DNA of 64,000 nt, from assembly GCA_002269645.1 (NCBI GenBank), contig NIVC01002708.1:1-64000 (forward strand). The letters are read 5' to 3'. Below are positions 50,585-63,900 of the stretch, in pieces. The position numbers and the translations under genes are program-made. This stretch comes from Macrostomum lignano (taxonomy: Eukaryota). The stretch's first letter is position 1. The number at the start of each line of letters is the position of its first letter. Below the pieces are notes generated by a model. That model made no database searches. It had not been told where the DNA came from and saw only the letters and a list, made by a program, of their open reading frames with translations.

Positions 50585-51532
50585 ATTTATCTAAGAGGGC
50601 GCCAATTTTTCTGAGAGGGCGCCAATTTTTCTGAGAGGGCGCCAATTTTTCTGAGAGGGCGCCAATTTTTCTGAGAGGGCGCCAATTTTTCTGAGAGGGC
50701 GCCAATTTTTCTGAGAGGGCGCCAATTTTTCTGAGAGGGCGCCAATTTATCTGAGAGGGCGCCAATTTATCTGAGAGTGAGCCGATTTATCTGAAAGTGA
50801 GCCGATTTATCTGAGAGTGAGCCGATTTATCTGAGAGTGAGCCGATTTATCTGAGAGGGCGCCAATTCATCTGAGAGTGAGCCAATTTATCTGAGAGGGC
50901 GCCAATGCATCTGAGAGTGAGCCAATTTATCTGAGAGGGCGCCAATGCATCTAAGAGTGAGCCAATTTATCTGAGAGGGCGCCAATTCATCTGAGAGTGA
51001 GCCAATTTATCTGAGAGGGCGCCAATGCATCTGAGAGTGAGCCAATTTATCTGAGAGGGCGCCAATGCATCTGAGAGTGAGCCAATTTATCTGAGAGGGC
51101 GCCAATGCATCTGAGAGTGAGCCAATTTATCTGAGAGGGCGCCAATGCATCTGAGAGTGAGCCAATTTATCTGAGAGGGCGCCAATGCATCTGAGAGTGA
51201 GCCAATTTATCTGAGAGGGCGCCAATGCATCTGAGAGTGAGCCAATTTATCTGAGAGGGCGCCAATTTATCTGAGAGGGGGCCAATGCATCTGAGAGTGA
51301 GCCAATTTATCTGAGAGGGCGCCAATGCATCTGAGAGTGAGCCAATTTATCTGAGAGGGCGCCAATGCATCTGAGAGTGAGCCAATTTATCTGAGAGGGC
51401 GCCAATGCATCTGAGAGTGAGCCAATTTATCTGAGAGGGCGCCAATGCATCTGAGAGTGAGCCAATTTATCTGAGAGGGCGCCAATTTATCTGAGAGGGC
51501 GCCAATTCATCTGAGAGGGCGCCAATTCATCT
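50585..51532. repeat. Minisatellite, 20-bp unit (atctgagagggcgccaattt) changing into a 40-bp higher-order repeat
   Basis: About 47 copies; alternation of gggcgccaatgc and gtgagccaattt units from about 50860. Confidence 0.96.
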
Positions 51533-51995
51533 ACAATTTGAATGCCAAAAAAATAATCATGACGTGAGTGTATGAAATACCGACAGCTAGACAAGGGGTG
51601 CCGTGGTGATTAGTCAGTCACGTGGTGTTAAATAATGAGTAATGCAAATTATACACTGTAGGCACACGTTGACATCCAGTGGGGTCAAACAAATTAACCA
51701 CAGAATGAAAAGAGAGAGTTAGCAGGTTGATTGGTGAGATAAATAATTAAATCTTAACAAATCTAAAAATCCAACCCTTTAATTGGTCACTTAATTAGTT
51801 GCGCTACGTATAAATTTTAGCTTAATTTTGAGTACAAATAGAGCTAGCGTTTTGCCTATATAAACACAACTTTTTGGTTGACTTATCATCACTGAGTTAA
51901 ACTCGCGAATCACATACAACTGGTTTAGCATCAGAAAAGTCAACAAGTGTGAAACTACAACCCACCAGATAGTAGAATATCAAATCAGCGGCAAG

Positions 51996-54900
51996 ATGAT
52001 TGCGCTACTGCTGCTGCTGATGCTGGCACCAGCTGGCCTCGCTGCTGCTCAACCAGCCAACGGAACTGACCAGTTTGGCAACTTGTGAGTGACGAATGAA
52101 CGAGAGATTTATTGCAGTCTGATTTCTACTTTATCTGCTGAAAATCATATTCTACCCGCTCCCTTCCCTGATCCCTTCCCTGATACCTTCCCCCATCTAT
52201 TCCCCGCTCCTTCCCCGCTCCCTTCCCCGCTCCTTCCCCGCTCCCTTCCCCGCTCCCTTCCCCGCTCCCTTCCCCGCTCCCTTCCTTTTCCCTATCCTCC
52301 ACATCCGTCTTTTCTCCTCCTCCAGGCGTCAGTATTCTTTGGGCTCAAATACCCAATGTGAATGGATGCACTCGCAGAACCCGCAAAATAAAATCTAAAA
52401 CCGCTCACCAAACGGCCCTAGGCACTACCTGGTACTGGCGCCCAAATTCGGTCGGCTGGGGTCCACTTACACGGTCAGCTGCTCTCTGCCTGGCGAGACC
52501 ATCGTCTCTGCTAGAGCTCAAATTTCCACCGTGAAAATGGCCGAGGGAGCTCGGAATCTCAGCGCCGAGGATTACTGGACCAGCACCGGCGGTGGCCACA
52601 ACACTGGAGACACAGGTGAGAGAAATTTCAATGCGAAAGATTTGGGAGTATTTTTACTCCTGGATAGAACTGCTGACAGAAGATCCGGACTTTTAGATGA
52701 GACGGTGTGTGAGTAAGCAACCCTGTGGGTGAGCAGCTCTGTGGGTGAGCAGCTCTGTGGGTGAGCAGCTCTGTGGGTGAGCAGCTCTGTGGGTGAGCAG
52801 CTCTGTGGGTGAGCAGCCCTGTGGGTGAGCAGCCCTGAGGGTAAGAAGCCCAATTCAAGCTTACGAAAAGGAAATCCCTCTAATTATTATTTTTAGATGC
52901 ACTAACCCTGTCACTGCCATTGGAAAATGACGTGAGTATTTTGTTTATTTTCGCTATCTTTCGTTCCAAGTTCCACCCAAAGATAATAAAATATACTGTA
53001 TGCACGAGATAATATAAATGTACAGTTAGTACATATCCTTGGTCTTTCGAAACTTAATAAAGCTTTTGGGATTCATAAATTTCCCATATCTCTTACTCAA
53101 TTATTCTCAAGCATTGTCACTGAGACCAACTAAAATAGCAAAAAATAATCTAAGTAATTTTTCTGTGTCTCTGGGGAATCACAACTATCACGTTTATAGT
53201 GCTATGGGAATTAAATCTATCAGTATAGGGATTAAATCTGTATAGGGATTAAATCATACGGATCACGTTTATACTGATCTGAGACAACTTTGCGCGTTTT
53301 TGTCCCTCAGGACTCGATTGACTTGTCAGGCAGCTACAAACTTAGCGTGGAACTGACCAGCTCAACCGGTTCCGTCTATCGCAACGAGACCAGCGTCAAC
53401 CTCCAGGGCCCCAGCTTTCTGACCTTCGTGCAGACCGACAAGGCCCTGTACCAGCCTGGGCAGACTGTCAAGTTTCGCGTCTTCTGTCTGGACGGCTCGC
53501 TTCGACCTGTGGCCGCCAACTTCACTGCGCTTATTAAGGCGAGTATAAATGCTTTCAGATGTCAATAGATGCTTTCAGATGTCTATAGATGCTTTCAGAT
53601 GTCAATAGATGCTTTCAGATGTCAATAGATGCTTTCAGATGTCTATAGATGCTTTCAGATGTCTATAGATGCTTTCAGATGTCAATTGATGCTTTCAGAT
53701 GTCAACTGATGCTTTCAGATGTCAATAGAAGCTTTCAGATCTCTATAGAAGCTTTCAGATCTCTATAGAAGCTTTCAGATCTCTATAGATGCTTTCAGAT
53801 CTGTATAGATCCGCTAAGCATCACCGCCACCCCTCTGTCCAGGACGCCCAGGGCAACCTGGTCGATCGACTGCGCCACGAGGTGCCTTCGGACCTGGCCG
53901 GAAACGTCTCCCAGACGGTGATGCGAGGCCAGTTCCAGCTGGCCGACCCGCCGAACCTGGGCACCTGGCGAATCGAAGTCAGCGGCAGCCGGGGCCAGAG
54001 CGAGTCCAAGAGCTTCTCAGTTGAGCGCTACACTTTGCCCAAGTTCACCGTGGAGGTGCACACGCCGGACTTTGTTTACGTCGATGACGACAGCTTCAAC
54101 GTAACGGTGGAGGTGCGGTACACCTACAAGCAGGCGGTGCAGGGCCTGCTAGTGGCTGACATCGGACCGTGGAACCCCTGCCGAACCTGCAAGAACAACT
54201 ACGACATGGTGAAGAGGTTCAGCGCCAGTCTGGCTGGCGAAAACAGCGATGGTCGAGCCGTGTTCACCTTCCCGATGGCCGAGTGGCGGGCCGAGCTGGC
54301 TGAGAGGATCAACAGAACTGGCCTGACCTTCAACATGCGGGCCAACTTTGCGGTGAATGTGAATGTGCGATTCACGGAGCGCTTTAGCGGTGAGCGGCCT
54401 CTTTATTGCGTTTATTGTCTTTACTGTCTGTCGGACGCATGTTTTATTTTCTTGCCTTCCTTAGCAGTATCATCGGTATGTTGCGTCTGTAGTGTCCGGA
54501 TCTGTCTGTCTGTATCCTGCTGTAGTCCTTTTTTCTATCTGTTTTGTCTACTGTCTGTTGTGTCTTCTGTCTGTTGTGTCTTCTGTCTGTTGTGTCTTCT
54601 GTCTGTTTTGTTGTGTCTTCTGTCTGTTGTGTCTTAATCTGTCTGTTGTGTCTGTCTGTTGTGTCTTCTGTCTGTTGTGTCTTTTATCTGTTGTGTCTTA
54701 ATCTGTCTGTTGTGTCTTAATCTGTCTGTTGTGTCTTTATCTGTCTGTTGTGCCTTTATCTGCCTGTTGTGTCTTAATCTGCCTGTTGTGTCTTAATCTG
54801 TCTGTTGTGTCTTTATCTGTCTGTTGTGCCTTTATCTGCCTGTTGTGTCTTAATCTGCCTGTTGTGTCTTAATCTGTCTGTTGTGTCTTTATCTGTCTGT

Positions 54901-57900
54901 TGTGTCTTCTGTCTGTTGTGTCTTAATCTGTCTGTTATGTCTTAATCTGTCTGTTGTGTCTTAACCTGTCTGTTGTGTCTTAATTTGTCTGTTGTGTCTT
55001 AATCTGTCTATTGTGTCTTCTGTCTGTTGTGTTGTGTCTTCTGTCTGTTGTGTCTTAATCTGTCTGTTGTGTCTTTATCTGTCTGTTGTGTCTTCTGTCT
55101 GTTTTGTTGTGTCTTCTGTCTGTTGTGTCTTAATCTGTCTGTTGTGTCTATCTGTCTGTTGTGTCTTCTGTCTGTTGTGTCTTCTATCTGTTGTGTCTTA
55201 ATCTGCCTGTTGTGTCTTAATCTGTCTGTTGTGTCTTTATCTGTCTGTTGTGTCTTTATCTGTCTGTTGTGTCTTCTGTCTGTTGTGTCTTAATCTGTCT
55301 GTTATGTCTTAATCTGTCTGTTGTGTCTTAACCTGTCTGTTGTGTCTTAATTTGTCTGTTGTGTCTTAATCTGTCTGTTGTGTCTTCTGTCTGTTGTGTT
55401 GTGTCTTCTGTCTGTTGTGTCTTAATCTGTCTGTTGTGTCTTTATCTGTCTGTTGTGTCTTCTGTCTGTTGTGTCTTCTATCTGTTGTGCCTTTATCTGT
55501 CTGTTGTGTCTTAATCTGTCTGTTGTGTCTTAACCTGTCTGTTGTGTCTTAATTCGTCTGTTGTGTCTTAATCTGTCTGTTGTGTCTTCTGTCTGTTGTG
55601 TCTTCTGTCTGTTGTGTCTTCTATCTGTTGTGCCTTAATCTGTCTGTTGTGTCTTAATCTGTCTGTTGTGTCTTTATCTGTCTGTTGTGTCTTCTGTCTG
55701 TTGTGTCTTCTGTCTGTTGTGTCTTAATCTGTCTGTGTCTTTATCTGTCTGTTGTGTCTTTATCTGTCTGTTGTGTCTTCTGTCTGTTGTGTCTTCTATC
55801 TGTTGTGCCTTAATCTGTCTGTTGTGTCTTAATCTGTCTGTTGTGTCTTTATCTGTCTGTTGTGTCTTCTGTCTGTTGTGTCTTCTGTCTGTTGTGTCTT
55901 AATCTGTCTGTTGTGTCTTTATCTGTCTGTTGTGTCTTTATCTGTCTGTTGTGTCTTTATCTGTCTGTTGTGTCTTCTGTCTGTTGTGTCTTAATCTGTC
56001 TGTTATGTCTTAATCTGTCTGTTATGTCTTAATCTGTCTGTTATGTCTTAATCTGTCTGTTGTGTCAATCTGTCTGTTGTGTCTTAATCTGTCTGTTATG
56101 TCTTAATCTGTCTGTTGTGTCTTTATCTGTCTGTTGTCTTCTGTCTGTTGTGTCTTAATCTGTCTGTTATGTCTTAATCTGTCTGTTATGTCTTAATCTG
56201 TCTGTTGTGTCTTAACCTGTCTGTTGTGTCTTAATCTGTCTGTTGTGTCTTTATCTGTCTGTTGTGTCTTCTGTCTGTTGTGTCTTCTGTCTGTTGTGTC
56301 TTAATCTGTCTGTGTCTTTATCTGTCTGTTGTGTCCTTATCTGTCTGTTGTGTCTTCTGTCTGTTGTGTCTTCTATCTGTTGTGCCTTAATCTGTCTGTT
56401 GTGTCTTAATCTGTCTGTTGTGTCTTTATCTGTCTGTTGTGTCTTCTGTCTGTTGTGTCTTCTGTCTGTTGTGTCTTCTGTCTGTTGTGTCTTCTGTCTG
56501 TTGTGTCTTCTGTCTGTTGTGTCTTCTGTCTGTTGTGTCTTAATCTGTCTGTTGTGTCTTTATCTGTCTGTTGTGTCTTTATCTGTCTGTTGTGTCTTTA
56601 TCTGTCTGTTGTCTTCTGTCTGTTGTGTCTTAATCTGTCTGTTATGTCTTAATCTGTCTGTTATGTCTTAATCTGTCTGTTATGTCTTAATCTGTCTGTT
56701 GTGTCAATCTGTCTGTTGTGTCTTAATCTGTCTGTTATGTCTTAATCTGTCTGTTATGTCTTAATCTGTCTGTTATGTCTTAATCTGTCTGTTATGTCTT
56801 AATCTGTCTGTTGTGTCAATCTGTCTGTTGTGTCTTAATCTGTCTGTTGTGTCTTGTATCTGTTGTGTCTTCTGTCTGTTGTGTCTTAATCTGTCTGTTG
56901 TGTCTTTATCTGTCTGTTGTGCCTTTATCTGCCTGTTGTGTCTTAATCTGTCTGTTGTTTCTTTATCTGTCTGTTGTGTCTTCTGTCTGTTGTGTCTTCT
57001 GTCTGTTGTGTCTTAATCTGTCTGTTGTGTCTTCTGTCTGTTGTGTCTTCTGTCTGTTGTGTCAATCTGTCTGTTGTGTCTTAATCTGTCTGTTGTGTCT
57101 TCTGTCTGTTGTGTCTTCTGTCTGTTGTGTCTTTATCTGTCTGTAGTTTCTGCATCAGGCTGTAGTTTCTGTATCAGTCTGTAGTTTCTGTGTCAGTCTG
57201 TAGTTTCTGTATCAGTCTGTAGTTTCTGTATCAGTCTGTAGTTTCTGTATCAGTCTGTAGTTTCTGTATCAGTCTGTAGTTTCTGTATCAGTCTGTATCT
57301 ACCTATAGTGCTTGTACCTATTGATGGTGCTATACGCTTGAATAGTTTACATGCTAAAATAAAAAAATGCTTTTTTTCAGAAATCGTGAAAGCTGTTGAA
57401 AAATCTTTCACCATCTACGGCAAAAAGTACAAGCTGGTTATGGAGACCCCGGACTTGCCCTACTTCCTACCCGGTTTCAAAGTGCCGGTGCACGTGAGCT
57501 TATGCTTGTTGTGTTGCAACTCAGAACGACTAAGTACTGAATTATGAGCACTAATTTATGATCCCCTATGGGGAATTTTCCCTCCCGCCGGCAGTTGCTG
57601 CTTAAACGGCCAAATGACGTCATCTTCACTGGCAACTCGACCGACGACATCCGCCTGTGGATGGAATTCAGCCACCGCGGCAAGCCAAAGAGCCTCGAAC
57701 TGTACAGGGCCGCCTGGTGCAGTCTTCCAGTCAGACTGGGCTCAGCCTCCTGGTCACTGTGCCCGAATATGTCGACTTTGTCACCGTCACTTTTATGGCA
57801 AGCCTTTTCGGCTCATGACCTGCGCCCCTACTCTTCGCTCCCCTCTTCCTCCTGTCCCCTCTTCTTCCGCTCCCCTCTTCCTCCGCTCCTCTTCCTCCGC

Positions 57901-60900
57901 TCCCCTCTTCCTCCGCTCCCCTCTTCCTCCGCTTCCCTCTTCCTCCGCTTCCCTCTTCCTCCGTTTCCCTCTTCCTCCGTTTCCCTCTCCCTCTGCTCCC
58001 CTCTCCCTCTGCTCCCCTCTTCCTCCGCTCCCCTCTTCCTCCGCACCCCTCTTCCTCCGCTCCCCTCTTCTTCCGCTCCCCTCTTCCTCCGTTCCCCTCT
58101 TCCTCCGCTCCCCTCTTCCTCCTGTCCCCTCTTCCTCCGCTCCTCTTCCTCCTGTCCCCTCTTCCTCCGCTCCTCTTCCTCCTGTCCCCTCTTCCTCCGC
58201 TCCCCTCTTCCTCTTCCCTCTTCCTCCGCTCCCCTCTTCCTCTGCTCCTCTTCCTCCTGTCCCCTCTTCCTCCGCTCCTCTTCCTCCTGTCCCCTCTTCC
58301 TCCGCTCCCCTCTTCCTCCTGTCCCCTCTTCCTCCGCTCCCCTCTTCCTCCTGTCCCCTCTTCCTCCGCTCCCCTCTTCCTCCTGTCCCCTCTTCCTCCG
58401 CTCCCCTCTTCCTCCGCTCCCCTCTTCCTCCGCTCCTCTTCCTCCGCTCCCCTCTTCCTCCGCTCCCCTCTTCCTCCGCTCCCCTCTTCCTCCGCTCCTC
58501 TTCCTCCGCTCCCCTCTTCCTCCGCTCCCCTCTTCCTCCGCTCCCCTCTTCTTCCGCTCCCCTCTTCCTCCGCTCCCCTCTTCCTCCGCTCCCCTCTTCC
58601 TCCGCTCCCCTCTTCCTCCTGTCCCCTCTTCCTCCTCTCTCCTATTCCCCCGTTCCTCTTCCTCCGCCCCTCTTCCTCCAATCTCCACTTCCTCCAATCT
58701 TTACTTCCTCCAATCTCTACTTCCTCCACCCTCTCTTCTGCCTGTACTTTAGCATTAATAATATCAATAATAACAGCAATAGCAATACAAAAAACCATTT
58801 CCAGGCGGAGCTGCTAGACGCGCAGAAAACTCTGTCATCTTTCAGTCTGAAGCCGTACTTGGCAAACACGGACGATTTTGTTACGACAAGCGTGCTATCT
58901 ACTTCTAATGGTGTCCATGTGAGATATTGCTGCTATTATTGAATCTGTGCATTACCATTTATTGTCAACAAAACTTCTATTAAAAATTTTGCAGGTGCAA
59001 GTCAACCAATCCAGTGGAATCAAACTGGCTTACTCTGCTGTAAGTAGTATCGTCCATTTCTATACAAAAGACTGTCTTTCCGTCCACTGGGCCAATTCAA
59101 CCTGCAGATTATTTCCCAAGACCAAATTCGACTTTGGAGCAAGCTGGACAAGTCCGACGAGACGCTGACAGAACTGAACTCGGAGCTGCTCGACGATTTC
59201 ATACCGACATTGTCGGCTGTGACTTTTGGCATCGTTGAAACCGGCGAGATTGTGGCGTCCTATGATGACTTTTCTCTGCCGAATGTCACGGGAAAGGTGA
59301 GGGCAGCTTTCTGACCCTAATTGCTGACCGCACTGGGTGGATGGATGTAGAGCTGATCTCATTTAATGCTGGGGTGTCAGCAGGGATGATCGCACTGGTT
59401 GCTCGGGGAGTCAGCAGGGATGATCGCACTGGTTGCTCGGGGAGTCAGCAGGGATGATCGCACTGGTTGCTCGGGGAGTCAGCAGGGATGATCGCACTGG
59501 TTGCTCGGGGAGTCAGCAGGGATGATCGCACTGGTTGCTCGGGGAGTCAGCAGGGATGATCGCACTGGTTGCTCGGGGAGTCAGCAGGGATGATCGCACT
59601 GGTTGCTCGGGGAGTCAGCAGGGATGATCGCACTGGTTGCTCGGGGAGTCAGCAGGGATGATCGCACTGGTTGCTCGGGAGTCAGCAGGGATGATCGCAC
59701 TGGTTGCTCGGGAGTCAGCAGGGATGATCGCACTGGTTGCTCGGGGAGTCAGCAGGGATGATCGCACTGGTTGCTCGGGGAGTCAGCAGGGATGATCGCA
59801 CTGGTTGCTCGGGGAGTCAGCAGGGATGATCGCACTGGTTGCCCGGGGAGTCAGCAGGGATGATCGCACTGGTTGCTCGGGGAGTCAGCAGGGATGATCG
59901 CACTGGTTGCTCGGGGAGTCAGCAGGGATGATCGCACTGGGTGGCCGGGGAGTCAGCAGGGATGATCGCACTGGGTGGCCGGGGAGTCAGCAGGGATGAT
60001 CGCACTGGGTGGCCGGGGAGTCAGCAGGGATGCTCGCACTGTGCCGCTCGCCCGCCCGCCCGCAGCTGAAGCTGAGCAGCAACCTGACGGACAACACCGG
60101 GGAGCCGCAGGCGGGCGTGCGCATCGGCATCGCCGGCCCGCCGAACAGCTTCGTGTTCCTGACTGGCATCGATGCCAGCGTGAATCTGATCCGCAGCGGC
60201 CAGGACATCCTTGAGGACACCGTGACGGGCAAGCTGAAGGGCAGCGTTCGCGCCTTCAAGAGCTGGATTCGCTGGTCTCGGGTGTTCACCACAGGCAGCG
60301 TGCTGAAGGTGAGGCGCGCCTTGCTCAATAAACTTTAATCTACCTATAGGTAATAACTGTGTTAAACCTGACGGCTGATTTCCATTTTTAGACGTTGAAT
60401 CTGCATCTGTTAACTGACGGATTTTTTGAATTGGGTATTGCTAAAGCATCAGATTATATATTTTGTGACGGAATACGTAATCTAATATGAATAAATTTCT
60501 AAATTACTTGTTAAACTACTTGTTTTAGAAAGGTACCAGAGACCCATTTTCGAACGGAGGCGTCTGTTCGATGAAGGATCTCCGATGATGTCTCTTTCGA
60601 TAAATCGAGCCCATGCGCCTGAAGGTCCTTCACCACCTGCTCAGCCTGAGAAATCGCAGAAGAGGACTTACTTTCCCGAGACCATGCTCTGGACTATGGT
60701 GGAGACTGAGTGAGCCTACTGTACTTGGCTTTGTGTGCGGTGATCCTACTCAAACTCGAACTCTGTTATCCTACTCAAACTCGAACTCTGTGATCCTATA
60801 CTCAAATTCGAACTCTGTGATCCTACTCAAACTCGAACTCTGTGATCCTACTCAAACTCGAACTCTGTGATCCTATACTCAAATTCGAACTCTGTGATCC

Positions 60901-63900
60901 TACTCAAACTCGAACTCTGTGATCCTACTCAAACTCGAACTCTGTCATCCTATACTCAAATTCGAACTCTGTGATCCTACTCGAACTCGAACTCTGTGAT
61001 CCTATACTCAAACTCGAACTCTGTGATCCTACTCAAACTCGAACGCTGTGATCCTATACTCAAACTCGAACTCTGTGATCCTACTCAAACTCGAACGCTG
61101 TGATCCTATACTCAAACTCGAACTCTGTGATCCTATACTCAAACTCGAACTCTGTAATCCTATACTCAAACTCGAACTCTGTGATCCTACTCAAACTCGA
61201 ACGCTGTGATCCTATACTCAAACTCGAACTCTGTGATCCTATACTCAAACTCGAACTCTGTGATCCTACTCAAACTCGAACTCTGTGATCCTATACTCAA
61301 ACTCGAACTCTGTGATCCTACTCAAACTCGAACTCTGTGATCCTATACTCAAACTCGAACTCTGTGATCCTACTCAAACTCAATCTCCATCAATGCAGTG
61401 CCTCAGGCCGGGCCAGCGAATCTCTGCAACTGCCAGACACCATCACGAGCTGGGATTTGACGGCGTTCGGCATCTCCAGCCGGCACGCCATCCAGACGGT
61501 GCAGCGCCCCTTCCAGGTGACGAGCTTCAAGAGATTCTTCGCCCAGCTGACGCTGCCGCACTCGTTGATCCGCGGCGAGTCGCTGCTTCTCCGGGTGCTG
61601 CTGTTCAACTTCGACTCCTCCAATCGGCTGAACATCAACGCCACCCTGTTGATCGACTCGAAAGCCTTCGAACTGACGGCGCTGACGGCCGCTGGACAGC
61701 CCGCTGAGCACGCGATTGTCAATGTGGAGGCAAACGGCGTCGGATTGGCGGTTTTCGGCCTGCGACCGAAACTGGTCTCCGAGGCGGCTGCGGTCACCGT
61801 GCGGGCCAGGTGAGCGGGGTTGAGACTAGAGATGTGAATAGATTAATGAGAAAAGCGGATAGACTGATTAAAGATGTGTGGTAGATGTGTGGTAGATGTT
61901 TGGTAGATGTGTGGTAGATGTGTGGTAGATGTGTAGTAGATGTGTGGTAGATGATGTGTGCCGCATCAAAGCGCATACACATAGAGTTCGCCGCATCCCT
62001 CAACCTGGCAGAGCCACCTGGCCAGACGGTCGCGCCGAGGTTGACGAGGTGACGCGTACGCTGCCGGTGCTTCCGGAGGGCCGCACGGTGAGGCGGGCTG
62101 TCACTGCCCTGCTGAGCCTGCGGGGCGATCCAACCGGTAGCAATTCGTCCGCCGAGACGGTTCAAAGTGCCGAGATGGTGGAAATTTACTGGCCGGAGGC
62201 GGTCCAGGCGGACGGGTCGATCCTGGTGCCCGGCTCCCAGCTCCTGTCCGTGTCGGTGGTCGGCGACGTCCTCGGCCCAGCCATGGACGGCATCGGCGGG
62301 CTGGTGCGGACTCCGCGCGGCTGCGGCGAGCAGAACATGGTGGACTTCGCTCCCGCGGTCTTCATCTATCGGTACCTCCGTTCGGCGGGCAGCGACAGCT
62401 CCGCCACGGCCCGCCTGCGCCAGAAGGCCCTGGACGCCATGCGCACCGGCTACCAGAGGGAGCTGACCTACCGACGGGACGACGGCTCCTACAGCGCTTT
62501 CGGCAAGGCCGACGCAGCCGGCAGCGTCTGGCTGACTGCCTTCGTGCTCAGCGTGTACGCCCAGGCGGCCGAGTTCATCGCGGTGGACCCAGCTGCGGTG
62601 ACGGGCAACTCGATCATGTTCCTGCTGAGCCGCCAGGACCCGTCTGGCCGCTTCACCGAGCCCGAGGGCGCTCGGGTGCTGGACACCAGCCTGCAAGGTG
62701 AAGCCGGCAAAGCCTCTCTTGGAATGTCGGCCTTCATCTGCTCCGCACTGATGGACGTTCGAGACGCTGTGGAATTGCTGCCGGCCCTGCGGACGCCTGA
62801 GTGGCCGCTGCTGCCCGTGTCCACCGCGCTGCGCCGCTGCGTCGACCTCTTTAAGCTGGAGTTCAAACAGCGGCTGGCCGATTTTGACACGCGCGACATG
62901 GCGCTGGCCGCCTACTTCTTATGGCGCGCCCGACTGGCTGGCGAAGGAGGAGACGCGACGAAGAGCCTGGCGAAGCGCGTCTGGGAGGCCTTCAATGCCC
63001 GCGCCGAGAGTGACCACTCGGCGAGACTGTACTTCTGGAAGGTGAGCTTGCCAGACGGGAACTCCTCTTGACAGTTTCTAGGCATTTTGCAGCGGTCAGT
63101 TGGATCTTTCAAACGCTGCAAGTTGAGCAGAGTTGGTTGCCAGGTTTAGTGTTCAATTGACTGATCCCGATGAAAGCGTTGTCACCGTGACAATAGTCGC
63201 TAAAAGGTCATTGCAAACAACTCACTGGTGACTCTAAGGACTTCTGGGCGGCTCATGCGACTGTTTAAAAACTCAGACGACTGCAATACGATTGTTGAGT
63301 CACGAGCGTATCACGTGAGTTGTAGAATCCCAAAACTCGCGAAAAAGTCCTCCTAGAGTAGAGATAGAGTTTTTACAAAAGCGAAATTCGATTTTATTGA
63401 GTAGTTACTACATGTAAAGTCAGTGACGCAGATGCCCTTTAGACGCAACGCAGTGGCTCTACAGCGACTCTGGCAAGCCTCAGATACGATCAATCGTAGA
63501 AACACCACTAGTTGAGAATTTCACTGCTTTTTGTCGGAATAATAGACGTTCCCTGTTTCTGCAAACCTTGCGTCCTTCATACGCTCGTATAGAGTTAAAA
63601 ATATGCATGAATTTCATATCCTTTTATACTCTAGTGGTGCTTGTGCTTAGAGTAGCTATAATAACACTTGTTTCCATTTAAATTTCATTCGTGTTGCGTC
63701 ACGGATTCTCAGGGTTCAGTGGAGGTCACCGCCTACGGCGTCCTCACCGCCCTGCTGGCCGAGTCGAGCAGCGAAGCCGCGGCGGCCAAGGCGGCTTTGC
63801 CGGCCCTGCAATGGCTGGTCAGCAAGCAGACGGACCAGGGCGGCTTCCACGACACGCAGAGCACCGTGGTCGGCATCCGCGCCATCGCCGCCTTCGCCAC

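Noticed and set aside
54492-57146. Cys/Val/Leu-rich ORFs suggesting membrane or metallothionein-like proteins
   Set aside because: They are satellite translations with non-ATG starts.
57568-58942. Long Pro/Ser-rich and Arg/Gly/Glu-rich ORFs
   Set aside because: They come from a polypyrimidine intronic satellite; only the flanking short segments are TEP exons.
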